Positions 26,869-34,553 of a stretch of DNA of 64,000 nt are shown here, piece by piece (position 1 is the first letter of the stretch; every line of letters starts with the position of its first letter). Origin of the DNA: an uncultured Sphingomonas sp. (lineage in GTDB: Bacteria; Pseudomonadota; Alphaproteobacteria; Sphingomonadales; Sphingomonadaceae); NCBI RefSeq assembly GCF_964237155.1, contig NZ_CAXSHH010000001.1, forward strand, positions 45,891 through 109,890. The letters run 5' to 3'. The notes beneath the pieces are model-generated. The model did no database searches. It was given only the letters and a program-made list of their open reading frames with translations, and was not told the origin of the DNA. Position numbers and translations under genes: made by a program.

Positions 26869-29800
26869 ATGGCCACCACCGCACCCGCCGACGCCCGCGC
26901 CACCATGCGCGGGTTGCACCGCGCGCCCGAACCCGATGTTCTAAAGCCGTTGCTGGAGCGGGCGCGGCTGGGCGCCGAGGCGCGCGAGCGGGTGATGGGA
27001 ACGGCGCGGGGAATGCTGGTCGACCTGCGCGCGGCTCAGGCCAAGGGATGGGTGAACCGGTTCCTGCAGCAATACCGGCTGAACTCGTCGGAAGGCGTCG
27101 CGCTGCTGAGCCTGGCGGAGGCGTTCCTGCGCGTCCCCGATCCGGAAACGGCCGACCTGCTGATCGCGGACAAGATCGGCGACGCGGATTGGCGAGCGCA
27201 TACGGGCAAGTCGAGTTCGGCGCTGGTCAACTCGGCGACCTGGGGACTGGTGGTCGGGCGCGCGCTGGTCGGGGAAGGGGAGACGGGCCCGCTCCGCCGG
27301 CTGATGAACCGGGCGGGCGAGCCGTTCGTGCGGCAGGCGGTTGGCGTGGCGATGAAGATGATGGGCGAGATCTTCGTCATGGGCCGGACGATCGAGGAAG
27401 CATCGAAGCGGATGCGGCGGCCCGAGCACCGGGGCTTCACCGCCAGCTTCGACATGCTGGGCGAGGCGGCGCGGACGCGGGAGGATGCCGAGCGATACCT
27501 CGAGTCCTATGGCCGGGCGATCGACGCGGTCGGGCGCGAGGCGGGTTCGGGGCACTCGATCTCGGTCAAGCTGTCGGCGCTGCATCCGCGTTACGAGGTG
27601 GCGCGGTGGGACGAGTGCGTGCCCGAGCTGACCGCGATGCTGGAGATGCTGGCGGTGCGGGCGGCGGGGCTGGGCATCGCGTTGACGGTCGACGCCGAGG
27701 AGTCGGAGCGGCTGGAGATGAGCCTCGACATCATCGGATCGGTCGCGCGCTCGCCCAAGCTCAAGGGCTGGGACGGGTTCGGGATGGCGGTGCAGGCCTA
27801 CAGCAAGCGCGCGCGGCCGGTGATCGCCTGGGCGAACACGCTGGGGCGGCCGATGAACGTGCGGCTGGTCAAGGGCGCGTATTGGGATAGCGAAATCAAG
27901 CGGACGCAGGTCGAGGGGCTGGCGGACTACCCGCTGTTCACGCGAAAGGCTTCGACGGACGTGTCGTATCTGGCGGTCGCGCGCGACATGCTGGATGCGG
28001 AAAACATCCGGCCCGCCTTCGCGTCGCATAACGCGCTGACGGTGGCGACGATCGTGGAATGGGCGGGCAAGCCTGATGGTAGAAGAGGGGGCGACTTCGA
28101 ATTCCAGCGGCTGCATGGGATGGGCGAAGGGCTATATGAGCGGCTGGTCGCGGAGAACGGCTATCGGTGCCGCATATATGCGCCGGTCGGGGGGCACCGC
28201 GACCTGCTGGCGTATCTCGTGCGGCGGTTGCTGGAGAACGGGGCGAACTCGTCCTTCGTGCACCAGCTGGCGGACGAGGGGTTGAGCGAGGCGGACATCC
28301 TGGCCGATCCGGTCGTGCGGATCGCAGGGGTGGGGGGCACGCGGCATCCGTCGATCCCGCTGCCCGAGGCGCTGTTCGGGGCGGAGCGGCGGAACAGCGC
28401 GGGGTTGGATCTGAGCGACCGGGGGGTGCTGGAGCGGACGGTGGCGGTTACGTCTTCTCCCCTCCCGCTTGCGGGAGGGGTTGGGGGAGGGCAGGTCGCT
28501 GGCGAACGGCAGCTTGCGGGTGTAGGGGGCGGGCCCTCCCCCAGCCCCTCCCGCGAGCGGGAGGGGAGCGCTTCGTCAGCTGTCGGCGCGGCGATCGGAC
28601 GGGCCAGTGCAGCCTTTCCGGGCTGGTCCGCGACCTCGGTCGAGAAAAGGGCGGCGGTGCTCGATCGGCTGGCCGATCTGGTCGAGGCGCACCGGGACGA
28701 GCTGATGGCGCTGCTCGTGCACGAAGCGCGCAAGACGCTGGCCGATGCGATCGGGGAGGTGCGCGAGGCGGCCGATTTTTGTCGTTATTACGCCGCCGAG
28801 GCACGCGCGAAACTTCAGCCGGTCGAGCTGCCCGGGCCGACGGGGGAGCGGAACGTCCTGCGGCTGGAAGGTCGGGGCGTGTGGGCGACGATCGCGCCGT
28901 GGAACTTCCCGCTGGCGATCTTCCTGGGACAGACGGTGGCGGCGTTGGTGACGGGTAATGCCGTATGCGCGAAGCCCGCGCCGCAGACGCCCTTGACGGG
29001 TAAGCGCGCGGTGGAGTTGGCGTGGGAGGCGGGGGTGCCGCGCGACGTGCTCCAGTTCACGCCGGGCGGACCGGAAGTGGGGCAGGCGCTGACCGCCGAT
29101 CCGCGGATCGCGGGCGTCGCGTTCACCGGGTCGACCGCGACCGCCAAGCGGATCGCGCGGACTCTGGTGGAGGATGATGATCGCCCGATCGTGCCGCTGA
29201 TCGCGGAGACGGGCGGGATCAACTGCATGGTCGTCGATTCGACCGCGCTGCCGGAGCAGGTGGTGGCCGATGTCGTGACCTCGGCATTCCGGTCGGCGGG
29301 GCAGCGTTGCTCGGCGTTACGACTATTGCTGGTGCAGGAGGACGTGGCCGAGGGCGTGCTGCATATGCTGGCCGGGGCGATGGACACGCTGCGCGTCGGC
29401 GATCCGGGCGATCCGGCGACCGATGTGGGGCCGGTGATCGACCAGGCGGCGTATGATCGGCTGATGGGCTACCGCGAGGAGGCGCGCGGGCGTTGGGTCA
29501 AGACGGTGGACGCGCCCGAGGATGGGCTGTTCGTGCCGCCAACGTTGATCCGGCTGGACCGGGTGGAGGAGCTGGACCGCGAGTGGTTCGGGCCGCTGCT
29601 GCATGTCGCGACGTGGAAGGCGGGGGCGTTGGAGGAGACGATCGCGCGGGTGAACGCCAAGGGGCATGGGCTGACGATGGGGCTGCACAGCCGGATCGCG
29701 CAGGCGGCGGAGCTGGTGGAAGCGACGGCGCGGGTCGGGAATCTGTATATCAATCGGTCGATGATCGGGGCGGTCGTAGGGTCGCAGCCTTTCGGGGGCG

Positions 29801-29940
29801 AGGGGTTGTCGGGGACCGGGCCGAAGGCGGGGGGACCGCACTATTTATACCGGTTCTGCCTGGAGCGGGCGGTGTCGGTGGATACGACCAGCGCGGGCGG
29901 GAACGCGACGTTGCTGTCGCTGGACGAGGGCGGGATCTGA
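26869..29940 (+). CDS. putA: Bifunctional proline dehydrogenase / L-glutamate gamma-semialdehyde dehydrogenase (short PutA without DNA-binding domain)
   Basis: 1023 aa. PRODH barrel half (SFDMLGEAART, VRLVKGAYWD, EFQRLHGMGE). ALDH half (FTGSTATAKRI, ETGGINCMVVDSTA, SAGQRCSALRLL). Confidence 0.96.
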   Translation: MATTAPADARATMRGLHRAPEPDVLKPLLERARLGAEARERVMGTARGMLVDLRAAQAKGWVNRFLQQYRLNSSEGVALLSLAEAFLRVPDPETADLLIADKIGDADWRAHTGKSSSALVNSATWGLVVGRALVGEGETGPLRRLMNRAGEPFVRQAVGVAMKMMGEIFVMGRTIEEASKRMRRPEHRGFTASFDMLGEAARTREDAERYLESYGRAIDAVGREAGSGHSISVKLSALHPRYEVARWDECVPELTAMLEMLAVRAAGLGIALTVDAEESERLEMSLDIIGSVARSPKLKGWDGFGMAVQAYSKRARPVIAWANTLGRPMNVRLVKGAYWDSEIKRTQVEGLADYPLFTRKASTDVSYLAVARDMLDAENIRPAFASHNALTVATIVEWAGKPDGRRGGDFEFQRLHGMGEGLYERLVAENGYRCRIYAPVGGHRDLLAYLVRRLLENGANSSFVHQLADEGLSEADILADPVVRIAGVGGTRHPSIPLPEALFGAERRNSAGLDLSDRGVLERTVAVTSSPLPLAGGVGGGQVAGERQLAGVGGGPSPSPSREREGSASSAVGAAIGRASAAFPGWSATSVEKRAAVLDRLADLVEAHRDELMALLVHEARKTLADAIGEVREAADFCRYYAAEARAKLQPVELPGPTGERNVLRLEGRGVWATIAPWNFPLAIFLGQTVAALVTGNAVCAKPAPQTPLTGKRAVELAWEAGVPRDVLQFTPGGPEVGQALTADPRIAGVAFTGSTATAKRIARTLVEDDDRPIVPLIAETGGINCMVVDSTALPEQVVADVVTSAFRSAGQRCSALRLLLVQEDVAEGVLHMLAGAMDTLRVGDPGDPATDVGPVIDQAAYDRLMGYREEARGRWVKTVDAPEDGLFVPPTLIRLDRVEELDREWFGPLLHVATWKAGALEETIARVNAKGHGLTMGLHSRIAQAAELVEATARVGNLYINRSMIGAVVGSQPFGGEGLSGTGPKAGGPHYLYRFCLERAVSVDTTSAGGNATLLSLDEGGI
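28457..28568. repeat. Repeat family B, copy B4, located inside the putA reading frame
   Basis: CTCCCCTCCCGCTTGCGGGAGGGGTTGGGGGAGGG-(spacer)-CCCTCCCCCAGCCCCTCCCGCGAGCGGGAGGGGAG. It is translated in frame as [38 protein letters not shown] (putA codons 530-567). Confidence 0.85.
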
Positions 29941-30012
29941 GGTTCGGAAAGGAAAGAGCCCCTCATCTTTAGGGAGTTGGGGAGGACAACGCCGGTTGCG
30001 TGTAGGAAGCAA

Positions 30013-30039
30013 GACGCCGGGTCGAGCCTGGGGTGACGG
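30013..30039. repeat. Repeat family A, solo right-arm copy (A4)
   Basis: GACGCCGGGTCGAGCCTGGGGTGACGG resembles the right-arm hairpin of A1-A3. It lies between convergent putA and topIB. Confidence 0.4.
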
Positions 30040-30069
30040 ATCGGGAGAGAGTCGGAGCCAGAGTGGCTT

Positions 30070-31107
30070 TCAAGCCGCCTCCATGGCTTCCTCGGCGACT
30101 TCTTCAATCACGGGGACGACGTCGCGTTCGAGGAAGTGGATCAGGCCGCGTTCGGTGCGGGTCAGGTATTTGGCGGTGCGCGGAAGTTTCAGCGCGGCGC
30201 GGAATTCACGTTGGCCCTCCTTCACAAGGTCGATGAGATGGGGGTGGACGTAGGAGCGGCGCGCCACGGCGGGGGTGTTGCCGAGTTTCTCGACGACGGG
30301 GGCGAGGAGCGTCTTGAGCGTCATGTCCTCGCGCGCCTCGGCCAGCGCCTCGAAGGCGATAAGGCTGGCGGCCCAGGTGCGGAAGTTCTTGGCGGTGAAA
30401 TCCTCGCCGGTCGCATCCTTGATGTAGGCGTTGACGTCCGACGAGCTGACCGGGTGGGCCGCGCCGTGCTCGTCGAGATAGCCGAACAGATGCTGGTCGG
30501 GGAGGTCCTGGCATTTCTTGACGACGCTCGACAGCGAGCGGTCGGTGATGCGGAGGGCGCGCATCTTGCCGGACTTGGCCTTGAACTGGAGTTTCAGCGT
30601 CGAGCCGCGCAGTTCGGCGTGCTTCTTGCGGAGCGTGGTCGCGCCGTAGGACTCGTTCGTCTTGACGTAGTCCTCGTTGCCGACGCGCAGGTTGCCGCGG
30701 TCGAGCAGGCGGACGACGGCGGCGACGGCGCGGTCCTTGGGCAGCGCGCGCATGGCGAGATCGGCCTCGACCTTGCGGCGGAGCTTGGGCAGCGCGCGGC
30801 CGAAGGCGGCGGTGCGTTCGTACTTGGCCGCCTCCTGCGCTTCGCGGAAGCCGGCGTGATAGCGGTACTGCTTGCGGCCCTTCTCGTCCCAGCCGACCGC
30901 CTGGATGTGGCCGTTCGCCTTCACGCAGAACCAGGCGTCCTTGTAGGCGGGGGGGAGGCCGATCTTGTTCAGGCGATCGATCTCGTCCGCGTCGGCGATC
31001 GGCCCGCCCTGGGGGTGGGTGTAGGCCCAACCATCCTCCAGTCTCTCGCGGGTGATGCCGGGGGTGCTGTCGTCGGTATAGACGATCTGGTCGGGGAGGG
31101 TGTTCAT
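30070..31107 (-). CDS. DNA topoisomerase IB (poxvirus-like bacterial TopIB)
   Basis: 345 aa. GITRERLEDGWAY N-terminal domain, GWDEKGRKQYRYH, LRVGNEDY, TLKLQFKAKSGK, TAKNFRTW, and a C-terminal SYVHP segment carrying the presumptive catalytic Tyr. Confidence 0.88.
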   Translation of the reverse strand: MNTLPDQIVYTDDSTPGITRERLEDGWAYTHPQGGPIADADEIDRLNKIGLPPAYKDAWFCVKANGHIQAVGWDEKGRKQYRYHAGFREAQEAAKYERTAAFGRALPKLRRKVEADLAMRALPKDRAVAAVVRLLDRGNLRVGNEDYVKTNESYGATTLRKKHAELRGSTLKLQFKAKSGKMRALRITDRSLSSVVKKCQDLPDQHLFGYLDEHGAAHPVSSSDVNAYIKDATGEDFTAKNFRTWAASLIAFEALAEAREDMTLKTLLAPVVEKLGNTPAVARRSYVHPHLIDLVKEGQREFRAALKLPRTAKYLTRTERGLIHFLERDVVPVIEEVAEEAMEAA

Positions 31108-31296
31108 GCCGTCGATGGAATGATCGGAACGGCTTTCGTGTTCCGGGGGCGTGTGGGACGGAAGCGGGCTTCGGCACGGAGGCGGCCGAGACGGGTGTCG
31201 AGGTCGATCGGGTGCCGACGAGCATGAACACGAACGGTTGAGGGGCGATGCCGACGAACGCCGCGCCGATCAGGCGCACCGCGTGCGCGCCCCTGA

Positions 31297-31599
31297 CTAG
31301 GCGTCGCGCAGCAGCAGCGCGTGGATCCGGATGGTCGTGGGACCGAGCCGTTCGACGACGAGATCGGCGACATGGTGCCCCCGGACAAGTAGGTCGGCGT
31401 CGGGCAGATCGGCGAGCCAGGCCGCGCCCGGATCGACCCGGCGCAGCTCGATCGAGACGCGTTCGCCCTCGAACGTGGCGCTGGCCCATGGTCGGCCGGT
31501 GGCGTCACCGATCGCGAAACCGCACCTTCGGTCGCGCGCATGCGCGACGAGCGCACGAGCGAGAAGCGCCGCCAAATCGCGGAAGGGACGCGCGGTCAA
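31297..31599 (-). CDS. Hypothetical protein (100 aa), apparently translationally coupled to the upstream 59-aa gene
   Basis: The TTG start at 31599 overlaps the TGA of the upstream gene (TTGA). The frame is GC3-rich. I recognise no motif. The longer track ORF (31297..31761) would overlap the better-supported small gene. Confidence 0.35.
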   Translation of the reverse strand: MTARPFRDLAALLARALVAHARDRRCGFAIGDATGRPWASATFEGERVSIELRRVDPGAAWLADLPDADLLVRGHHVADLVVERLGPTTIRIHALLLRDA

Positions 31600-31775
31600 T
31601 GGTTTTGCCGGGCGATGAAGGCCTTTACGCGCGCCTCGATCGACCGCCCCGGCCGGCGTCCGCGCGCTAGGTCGCCGACCAGCCGCGGATCGTTGACGGC
31701 GAGCCTGCCGAATTTCGTCGGCGGCGTTTCCGTCCGTCGGCAATAGGCCTTGATCTCCCATAACAGCGACATCAT
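31596..31775 (-). CDS. Small protein (59 aa), putative DNA-binding / Cro-like partner of the divergent S24 repressor
   Basis: MMSLLWEIKAYCRRTETPPTKFGRLAVNDPRLVGDLARGRRPGRSIEARVKAFIARQNH. GAGGAG lies 6 nt upstream of the ATG at 31775. The arrangement facing a repressor gene resembles a phage-type switch. Confidence 0.55.
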   Translation of the reverse strand: MMSLLWEIKAYCRRTETPPTKFGRLAVNDPRLVGDLARGRRPGRSIEARVKAFIARQNH

Positions 31776-31796
31776 GCGACTCCTCAGACCGACCGC

Positions 31797-31811
31797 GTTC
31801 CCGGTCTGTTC
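31797..31811. promoter_or_regulatory. Candidate alphaproteobacterial LexA (SOS) box, GTTC-N7-GTTC
   Basis: GTTCccggtctGTTC matches the direct-repeat consensus exactly. It lies in the divergent intergenic region 22-36 nt upstream of the 59-aa gene ATG. It overlaps a 7-bp inverted repeat CAGACCG(31785-31791)/CGGTCTG(31802-31808). Confidence 0.45.
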
Positions 31812-31859
31812 CGCAGAATCCAACTTGTCTAGGATATTTCCCAGAGGTAGGCCTGCGAT

Positions 31860-32489
31860 GTGTTGGAGGACGATCCGAGGACGGCGTTGATGCGCGCGTC
31901 GGCGGCGGGTGGGCTGAGCCTGGCGGCCTTGTCGGGCGCGATCAGGCGCAATCCGGCCTATCTGCACCAGTATGTCACGCGCGGCAGTCCGCGGCTGTTG
32001 GCGGAAGGTGATCGCCGGGTGCTGGCGGCGATGCTTGGCGTGTCGGAGGCGGCGCTCGGCGGGCCGGCCGACGGGCCAGTCGACGGGGATGCGTCGTTCG
32101 CGTTGCCGCGCCTCGACATCGAGGCGTCGGCGGGGCCGGGCGCCTACAACGACGGTGAACTGGTGCTCGGCATCGACGGGGTCGACGGGAAGCTGGCGCG
32201 CGCGTTGCGGTTGCGACCGGGTAAAGCGGGGTTGATCACGGTGCGCGGCGACTCGATGGAGCCGGGACTGCTCGACGGCGACCAGCTGATCGTCGATCTG
32301 ACGGATCGCGCGCCGGCCGCGACGGCACGCGTATACGTGATCCGGATCGAGGGCGCGATCATGGTCAAGCGGGTGGGCGCGGGCGAAGGCAGGCTGACCG
32401 CCGTCAGTGACAATCCGGCGGCGACGGTGCCGGTCGGGGAGATCGAGGTGGTTGGCCGGGTCGTATGGCGGATGGGGGCGCCGCGTTGA
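31860..32489 (+). CDS. S24 family peptidase / LexA-CI-like transcriptional repressor (not LexA itself)
   Basis: C-terminal S24 catalytic motifs RGDSMEPGL (Ser) and IMVKRVG (Lys). Possible Ala-Gly cleavage site in EASAGPG. N-terminal HTH-like LSLAALSGAIRRNPAYLHQYVTRG. The start may be the ATG at 31890, which has GAGGA upstream, rather than the GTG at 31860. Confidence 0.85.
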   Translation: MLEDDPRTALMRASAAGGLSLAALSGAIRRNPAYLHQYVTRGSPRLLAEGDRRVLAAMLGVSEAALGGPADGPVDGDASFALPRLDIEASAGPGAYNDGELVLGIDGVDGKLARALRLRPGKAGLITVRGDSMEPGLLDGDQLIVDLTDRAPAATARVYVIRIEGAIMVKRVGAGEGRLTAVSDNPAATVPVGEIEVVGRVVWRMGAPR

Positions 32490-32498
32490 ACTCGGCGG

Positions 32499-32669
32499 TC
32501 AGCGCGCCCGGTCGCGTAGCCAGATCACGACGGCCAGCGCCGCGCCGATCGCGACGCCGATGATGATCCCCAGCGTGGGTTGCTGGAGCGACACGCCGAT
32601 CACCGCGCCGAGGATCGTGCCGATCGCGACGAGGACGCCGCCAGCGGCGGAGGGGCGGGAGCGGGGCAT
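32499..32669 (-). CDS. Candidate small glycine-zipper membrane protein (56 aa)
   Basis: MPRSRPSAAGGVLVAIGTILGAVIGVSLQQPTLGIIIGVAIGAALAVVIWLRDRAR has two hydrophobic GxxxG-rich helices. Codons are GC3-rich. It is below the ORF-track size cut-off. Confidence 0.4.
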   Translation of the reverse strand: MPRSRPSAAGGVLVAIGTILGAVIGVSLQQPTLGIIIGVAIGAALAVVIWLRDRAR

Positions 32670-32966
32670 GGCGCGCCCCTGCCACGTCCTGCGCGGGGAC
32701 GCCAGCCGAAGGAAACCGGCTCGATCCTACATCAAGCCGGGCATTCGTAAGCGACCTTGCATGGCTGGCCCTAGCATCGCCGACAGCATGAACGCGCCAA
32801 TCGCGGATCGGGTCAGCGGCTTGTGCGGAGCATCCGCGGTCGGCGAGCGGACGTCAGGCCCCGGTCATGTCCTGGTCGGACGCGAGCGGGGTAAGCGCGA
32901 GCATGGCGGCGCGGTCGTACGACCAAGCGGATGGCGCCTGGACGGCCGCGAGCGCCAGCAGCAGGG

Positions 32967-34391
32967 TCATGCGGGCGCGCCGACGACCGTTTTCACCTCC
33001 ATGAAGTCGGTCAGGCCGTAGCGGCCGTTCTCGCGGCCGTTGCCCGATTGCTTGTAGCCGCCGAAGGGAGCGGCGATGTCGGGGCTCCAGGAGTTGATCG
33101 TGACCAGGCCGGCGCGGAGCTTAGGCGCGACGGCGGCGGCGCGGGCGGGGTCGCCGGAGATCGTCGCGGACAGGCCGTAGGGCGTGTCGTTGGCGATGCG
33201 GATCGCCTGCGCCTCGTCCGAGTAGGTCGTGATCGTCGCGACGGGGCCGAACACCTCCTCTTGCGCGATGCGCATGTCGGGTGTGACGTTGGCGAACAGG
33301 GTCGGGCGGACGTAATAGCCGGCGTTGCGGCCGTCGGGACGGCCTGTGCCGCCGGTGACAAGGGTCGCGCCCTCGTCGATCGCGGACTGGATCAGGCCCT
33401 GGATCTTGTCGAACTGCGCCTTGTTGACGACGGGGCCGATATGCTGGCCCAGCTCGGCGGGGTCGCCGACGGTCGTCTGCTCCATCATGCCCTTGATGAA
33501 CCGGGTGGCTTCGGCGACCTGGCTTTCATGGACGAGGAGGCGGGTGGGGGCGATGCAGCTCTGGCCCGAATTGGCGAGCACGCCGACGACCGTGCCGGGC
33601 AGCACGGTGGCCAGGTCCGCGCCCTCGAGCACCAGGTTCGCGGCCTTGCCGCCTAGTTCCTGGTGGACGCGCTTGACGGTGGGGGCGGCGGCCTGCGCGA
33701 CGGCGATGCCCGCGCGGGTGGAGCCGGTGAAGCTGACCATGTCGACATCGGGATGCGCGCACAGCGTCGCGCCGACGCCGGGGCCGTCGCCGTTGACCAG
33801 GTTGAACACGCCCGGGGGTACGCCCGCCGCGTCCATGATCTCGGCCAGGATGATCGCGCAGGTCGGCGCTTCCTCCGAGGGTTTCAGCACCATCGTGTCG
33901 CCGGCGGCGAGCGCGGGGGCGACCTTGGCGCAGATCTGGTTGAGCGGCCAGTTCCAGGGGGTAATCATCGCGACGACGCCGAGCGGTTCGTGGACGACCT
34001 TGGCGCGGCCGACCCGCTCCTCGAAGGTGAACTCGCCGAGCGCCTTCAGCGTGGCGGCGAAGTGACCGAGGCCGGTCGGAGCTTGCGCGGCGGTGGCGAG
34101 GCCCATCGGGGCACCCATTTCCTCGCTCATCGCCTTGGCGAGATCGGGGAGGCGTTTCTTGTATTCCTCGATGATACGGCCGAGCAGCTCGGAGCGTTCG
34201 GCGACGGTCGATTGTGACCAGTTCTCGAACGCGAGGCGGGCGGCGGCGACGGCGCGGTCGGCGTCGGCGGGGCTGCCGAGCGTGATCTCGGTGATCGGCT
34301 GCTCGGTCGAGGGGTCGATGACCTGGTAGGAGCGGCCGCCGTCGGAGGCGACCCACTTACCGTCGATGTAATGGTTCGGGTGGCTTTTCAT
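32967..34391 (-). CDS. NAD(P)+-dependent aldehyde dehydrogenase
   Basis: 474 aa. FTGSTRAG, the glutamate motif ELGGKA and the catalytic Cys segment NSGQSCIAPTR. Confidence 0.93.
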   Translation of the reverse strand: MKSHPNHYIDGKWVASDGGRSYQVIDPSTEQPITEITLGSPADADRAVAAARLAFENWSQSTVAERSELLGRIIEEYKKRLPDLAKAMSEEMGAPMGLATAAQAPTGLGHFAATLKALGEFTFEERVGRAKVVHEPLGVVAMITPWNWPLNQICAKVAPALAAGDTMVLKPSEEAPTCAIILAEIMDAAGVPPGVFNLVNGDGPGVGATLCAHPDVDMVSFTGSTRAGIAVAQAAAPTVKRVHQELGGKAANLVLEGADLATVLPGTVVGVLANSGQSCIAPTRLLVHESQVAEATRFIKGMMEQTTVGDPAELGQHIGPVVNKAQFDKIQGLIQSAIDEGATLVTGGTGRPDGRNAGYYVRPTLFANVTPDMRIAQEEVFGPVATITTYSDEAQAIRIANDTPYGLSATISGDPARAAAVAPKLRAGLVTINSWSPDIAAPFGGYKQSGNGRENGRYGLTDFMEVKTVVGAPA

Positions 34392-34473
34392 GGCGGCTCT
34401 CCGGGTCGGTCGGTTGCCGGATCAATGCGGCTGGGCGGGGTCGGTTGCAATCGGAAACGGTATGCGCGGACGC

Positions 34474-34500
34474 TTGACAGTGTAGTGTTACAACGTAACA
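34474..34500 (+). promoter_or_regulatory. Consensus -35 (TTGACA) followed by the perfect palindrome TGTTAC-AAC-GTAACA (candidate operator) in the aldH/tonB divergent region
   Basis: TTGACA lies at 34474-34479. TGTTACAACGTAACA at 34486-34500 occupies the spacer and -10 region, followed by the AT-rich TTATATATT. This is the most sigma70-like promoter I saw in the window. Confidence 0.4.
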
Positions 34501-34553
34501 TTATATATTCCCGGGGCGGTTGGGCCGCGTCGGGCGTGAGCAGGAGAGTAGCC

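Noticed and set aside
26210-28568. Whether the recurring palindromes could be a CRISPR array
   Set aside because: Copies are kilobases to tens of kilobases apart. They are imperfect and internally palindromic. They are not separated by regular short spacers, and there are no cas genes in the window.
31126-31144. GGAAC-N9-GTTCC upstream of topIB as a LexA box
   Set aside because: It is an inverted repeat with 9-nt spacing, not the GTTC-N7-GTTC direct repeat of alphaproteobacterial LexA. It is kept only as an unassigned inverted repeat.
30206-31489. 427-aa ORF on the minus strand
   Set aside because: It is an alternative frame of topIB and the upstream spacer. It is Arg/Pro/Gly-rich, and topIB motifs are in the other frame.
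31297-32669. Prophage or integrative element around the S24 repressor
   Set aside because: No integrase, excisionase, replication, structural or lysis genes are present, and I could see no att-like direct repeats. The flanking genes are housekeeping. I treated it as an orphan regulatory module instead.
32854-32970. 38-codon ORF (MTLLLALAAVQAPSAWSYDRAAMLALTPLASDQDMTGA) whose ATG overlaps the aldH stop
   Set aside because: Only the ATGA overlap and GC3 bias support it. There is no SD, no recognisable family and a very short length, so it is not reported as a feature.
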